In this document: positions 59,333 to 64,000 of the stretch, one piece after another
Layout: each line of letters starts with the position of its first letter
Numbering within the stretch: position 1 is the first letter of the stretch
Assembly: GCF_006345805.1 (NCBI RefSeq)
Contig: NC_043001.1
Span: 72,230,001-72,294,000 of the forward strand
DNA: 64,000 bases
From: Octopus sinensis
Lineage: Eukaryota
Direction of reading: 5' to 3'
The notes under the pieces: model-generated
Database searches by the model: none
Told to the model about the DNA's origin: nothing
What the model saw: the letters and a program-made list of their open reading frames with translations, nothing else
Position numbers and translations under genes: made by a program

Positions 59333-59554
59333 CCCTTTTGATACCAACATGCTTGAGACTATTTCAAATTTTATGATACAAATTTCCTATTATAAAGTGT
59401 TCTAAATTTAAACCATCCATCAAAATTTTATGTCAATTTCTCTTCTAAAAACCTGTTGAATAATGACAAAGTTATTTTACTGAATTCCTCTTTATTTTCA
59501 AAATTAATTGAAGCAAAAGCAGTGTATTTCATCAGAAATATGGTAACAAAAGGG
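59333..59554. mobile_element. piggyBac-like MITE, 222 bp
   Basis: ATAA|CCCTTTTG...CAAAAGGG|TTAA; same family as 31183-31403. Confidence 0.8.
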
Positions 59555-59663
59555 TTAAATCATACTGTTTTCCATAAACTTATTTATTTTAACTATGCAA
59601 CTTCTCTCATTTCAGAAAATTTTAATTGAAACAGAAGTAGACATATTGGATTAAAGAATCAAA

Positions 59664-59776
59664 ATGACTGATCAACCAATTCTTTGTTGCTGTGAATATA
59701 TTAACAAAAGCGGGGAGAGAAATCACATGTTGGCTTGCTGTTGTGATTGTGAAGATTTGGATAAAGCTTGTGATAA
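59664..59776 (+). CDS. ZDHHC23: Palmitoyltransferase ZDHHC23; first coding exon
   Basis: Acceptor ctctcatttcag at 59615. MTDQPILCCCEYINKSGERNHMLACCCDCEDLDKACD matches the ZDHHC23 N-terminus (LCCCEYI...GE.NH...C.CDC.DLD..CD). Phase-2 donor AA|GTAAGT. Confidence 0.93.
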
Positions 59777-61427
59777 GTAAGTGTTTTTTGTCTTTTTTTT
59801 TTTGATTTTTGAGATGATCAATGGCATGCTTTAGGTTCTTCAGAAATGGCAGATTACCAAACTCCTCTCCTTGTAGGTTTTTGTTTCACCATTCTAAAGT
59901 GTTACCAAGCTCAACTGTATTGGTTTTTTTTTTTGTGTGTATAAAACAGATACTAGTTACATTGTGGGACTGATTTAATTGATCATTTCCTCCTCTAAAG
60001 ATAATGATAATTATATGGGCAATGAATACAAAGTTGGAAGTGTAATGGAATGTTAATGCATACATGAGCCATGTGGTCAAGATGACCTGATAGATAGACT
60101 AGGTATAAGAGCAGTTAAATATAATGTGCAAGGAAGAAGACTGTTGGTACTGACACATTTCATATGAAGGATAACTGATGGATGAAGAAGTTCCAGGATA
60201 TCTAAGTTGAAAGAAGTTGTAAAAGAGGAAGATCAAAGAAGACATGGGCTGTAGTGATAAAAGCTAATATAGGGATGTTGAACATCACCAAAGAGAGGAC
60301 AGAAGGAATGCAACAAATGGTGCAGGCATAGAAAAGCAAACATAAAAATGACGACGATGATGATGATGATGATGATTACAATGTTCATAATTGTTGTCAT
60401 CATCACCAGTTAGTTGTCCTTCTTTCCTTTTGTCCTTTTTAATTCTCTTTCAATAGCTTAGTCATTGGTGGAGGGGTAGCAATCATGACTCCTTTCCAGT
60501 ACCTCCTTGGCAGTACAGAGGGAGGGAAGGCAAGATAGGGGGTGGGGGTGGAATTGGACATTTGGCCTGAATGCTTGGAACAGTGGACTCTGTGAAAGAC
60601 ACCCAAGTGGTTGACTAGATTAGCTAGTGGTGTTAAACTGGGCTATAGATTAAGTCTGTTATATAAGAAGAGGAATACCTCTAAAACAGACTCTCAGAGT
60701 TTCCATTTATGAGGCATAAAATGGCCTTTGTGAAGGCACATGTGGAGTGGTTAAGATTTTGGGCTCCTGTGTGTTCAGTTTCTGGATCAGGCAGTGTGTT
60801 GTGTACTTCAACAAAGCACTTAATCTCATGTTGTTCCAGTCAATTCAGCTTAAAATGACTACCAGTATTTTGTTGGGTCAAAGGCGTGAGGGTCAAGACA
60901 GTGCGTGTATTTGTATATGACTGAAAGAATTAGTGAAACATATTACATACTATCAGATTGTAATTGCTTGCAAGTAATGTGTAAACTTTGTCTGTGTGCA
61001 TGCATATGTGTGAGCTTTTCAAAGTTCCATATGTTAACTTTGTTAACATTAACCAATAAAAATTGATGTTTTAATTAGTTAATAGTTTCAGTTTATGTTA
61101 GCCCTTCCGTTCATGAATGCCTTCACCAAAAATATCTGAAAATATAATTCAAAGTCACGTCTGGTATTTGTGTGTGTGTGTGTGTGTGTATGTATATATG
61201 TGCCAGTAGGTATGTGTGTTGGTGTATGTATATATGTATGGATGCATGTTTGTGTATGTGTGAAGATAGAAATGTATATGCATGTGTGTAAGTATGTATG
61301 TGCTGGTGTGTTTATATCTTTAGGTAGTTATGTGTACATGTGTGTGTTCACAAACACACACACAATAAATGGTTAATCCTTATTCAGAGATGTTAAAGAA
61401 ATTTTCTTTCTTTCTCTTCTTGCTCAG

Positions 61428-61984
61428 TTGCTTGTGCTGTAAAGAAATACCAAGTGATACAATGAGAAACATTACTGCTACCATATCTGATCGCTGTCGT
61501 ATTCCCTGGTGTTGCGGTCATGGGGCAATCCAGGTTCGTCTTGATGTCATCGTCCCTGTTGTTGTTGTACCATCCTGTATCCTTGTAGGCACAGTGGGGC
61601 CAATCACCACCATAGTCACACTCATTTTCATGCCGATCATAATGTTAGTAAGTTACCATCTCTGGCGACGCCACCACAGTAACATGCGGACCAAATTCTT
61701 TTCTACCTGGGCAAACATATCCATTCTGTTTAGTTATTTTGTCTTTCAAACGTTTGTTGTTGGTTTCCGTAAGATATTGTTATGGGAGTTCCTATTGCTC
61801 TTCACTGCCTTTTTAATCATGCTCTATTGCTTGTATCAGACAAAAAAACAACCAGGAATTCTTATGAAACCAAAATTAACAGCTTCCAAACTAAATGAAA
61901 ATGAAAGTCATAACATACAAGTAGATACTAGTGTTATGATACCAGCTGGAGAAGTCACATGGATAGATTCACGACCAATTGAAG
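61428..61984 (+). CDS. ZDHHC23: Palmitoyltransferase ZDHHC23; second coding exon (transmembrane region)
   Basis: Acceptor tttctcttcttgctcag at 61427, phase-compatible. Encodes CLCCKEIP...TISDRCRIPW, hydrophobic helices, TKFF and KKQPG, as in ZDHHC23. The donor is AAG|GTTTGT or alternatively TTT|GTAAGA at 61988. The DHHC domain is not in the window. Confidence 0.9.
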
Positions 61985-63286
61985 GTTTGTAAGATTTTTT
62001 CCATTCTTTCTTTTTCTCTCTTCTTTTAATTTTTTTTTTTTGATGATGTAAATAGTGTAAGCAAAAAGATTAACTAAAATGGATGATCCTAAGGTAGTGA
62101 AAAACTCAATGGCGAGTTGAACTGCAGAAGTTCTTCAGAGAAGAAGCCCCCTTTATTTCATTCAAGTATTTTAGCCTTAACACCTTATACAAGGAGTCCT
62201 TGGATACTCTTTTGCTGTCACATTCTGTGCTACTGTCTGCATAGCAACCTGATCCTTTTCATGTGATCAAGGTGACCCACAGCCATGATACCTTGGATGT
62301 CCTAACCCTCTTAGTTCAAGACACCAGTTGATCACAGAGTAAATTATGTCTTCTGAAATTCACACTCATTCCTCCTTGACTAGACCCAGTTAGAACTCTT
62401 CTCAGCTGTTTCTGCCATTGCTTTAGAAGCTTTCTTCCTCTTTTCTCCAGAAAATAAAGCTCTTTCATGTGATCATAGGCAGATTTGCCCACAAACCCCT
62501 TCTGCTCCCATTTCTAAGGAAGAGACTTTGGCTTGGAAACCTGATTCTCTTAGTTTGGTGGCTAAATGCCATACTTCACAATTTCATAGATGTGGGCTTC
62601 CTTTATTCTGCTTTCATGTGGCATAGGAAATTCAGTCAGAATCACTTGCTTTGACGAAAGAGTGGAATACAATATCTGGTCTCATCACTCTTGTAGATGA
62701 GGTCTGGGTTATTCTCTCATTCTGGAAAGTCTGTTGTGCACTCCTACTCATCCACTCCTTCCAATAGACACTGCTTACATTATTCAGTTGGTACAACTGT
62801 TCCAAGTCACAATCTTTTGCTCTCAACCATTTAGAATGTTGGAGGAACTTCTGGTGGCATCATCTTCCATCTTGTAATACAGATCACATGTAAGATCACA
62901 CTTGATTCTGCTTCCACATGTATCTCCCTTAATCTGGCATCACTTTGCATAATCTTAGGATATGTTCTATTGTTTGTTTGTCTTCACCAGATTTGTATTG
63001 AAGGGCAGGAAGTCATATACAGGTCCAAAGATGAAACTGATCCTAAGAAGAGCCATATCCAACATGCCATGTTGATTGATTTCCTAATTAATACTCTGGA
63101 ATAAAGATTGAATAATAGTAAAGTGAGGTTATGTTTGTCAGAATATTTGACTGGACTGAAGACTTTATTTAGCTGTCTTAAGTCTTCTCTTACACATATT
63201 TATGTTATATATATATCCAATTGTTTATTTTGTTATATATAGATATCTTATTGACCACTATATATATATATATATATGCGCATGTA

Positions 63287-63322
<36 letters not shown>

Positions 63323-63336
63323 CATGTGTTTGTGTA

Positions 63337-63371
<35 letters not shown>

Positions 63372-63409
63372 GTATGTATATACACACACATGTTTATAGT
63401 TGTTTTAAT

Positions 63410-64000
63410 GCCTATGTTATGGCAACTAAGGGCCTCTTGCTCAGGATGAAAGATAGACTGTATGATGCATGTGTGCAAACTGCCATGCTACATGGCAGTG
63501 AAACATGGTCCATGACTGCTGAGGACATGCATAGGCTTGAAAGAAATTAAGCTAGTATGATATGCTGGATGTGTAATGTCAGTGTGCATATACGACAGAG
63601 TGTAAGTGCCCTGAGAGAAATGTTAGGCATAAGAAGCATCAAATGTGGTGTGCAAGAGAGACAACTGCACTGGTATGAGGAAGTGCCACTTCTCCCAAGG
63701 GAGACAACTGCGCTGTGAGAGGAAGTGTCACTCCCTATCTGTGGAAGAAACCTGTGGAAGAGGTAGACTCATGAAGACATGGGATGAGGTGGTGAAGCAT
63801 GACCATCGCACATTGGACCTCATAGAGGCAATGACAGGAAACTGAGACCTTTGGAGATATGCTATGATTGAGAAGACCTGGAACTAAAGTGAGATTGCAA
63901 CCATGCACATTCGGCACAGTTAAGTACCCCTGATGCGTTGGGCAATATGATATGCTTGAGAAGACCTGCTGAGTCAAGTAAAACCAATATTGTAGCTGTT
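63410..64000 (+). mobile_element. RTE LINE 3' fragment
   Basis: MATKGLLLRMKDRLYDACVQTAMLHGSETW...; homologous to 23980-24390. Confidence 0.9.

Noticed and set aside
62000-64000. ZDHHC23 DHHC-domain exon
   Set aside because: No C..C...RP.R..HC or DHHC motif was found. The region is LINE/RTE remnants and microsatellite.

Overview
AT-rich, repeat-dense eukaryotic DNA, most likely from an octopus (inferred from its SINE, RTE and Helitron families and its microsatellite load; not confirmed by a search). Two intron-containing host genes are recognisable on the + strand. ATP5PF/ATP5J (ATP synthase coupling factor 6) has three coding exons at 14804-14970, 24622-24755 and 35756-35871, giving 138 aa with an unusual acidic Ala-rich tail. 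ZDHHC23 has two N-terminal coding exons at 59664-59776 and 61428-61984; its DHHC domain lies beyond the window. An ETS-motif-rich, possibly bidirectional promoter sits at about 9.8-10.3 kb. The rest is a nested fossil mobilome: several non-autonomous Helitrons, a decayed Helitron Rep ORF, an internally deleted Gypsy element with both LTRs, mariner and pogo transposons, TTAA MITEs, RTE/CR1/Penelope-like retroelements, many SINEs, foldbacks and microsatellites. The least obvious signal is a set of minimal type I hammerhead-ribozyme-like motifs. One folds completely but has a variant CCGACGA core, lies sense within an ATP5PF intron and is faced by an inverted decayed copy. The segment at 2.3-5.2 kb around a 100-N gap looks like a possible assembly artefact. 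There is no CRISPR array, rRNA or intact tRNA. Most ORFs in the supplied track are microsatellite or transposon artefacts. Repeat boundaries were read by eye and are approximate unless terminal motifs are cited.
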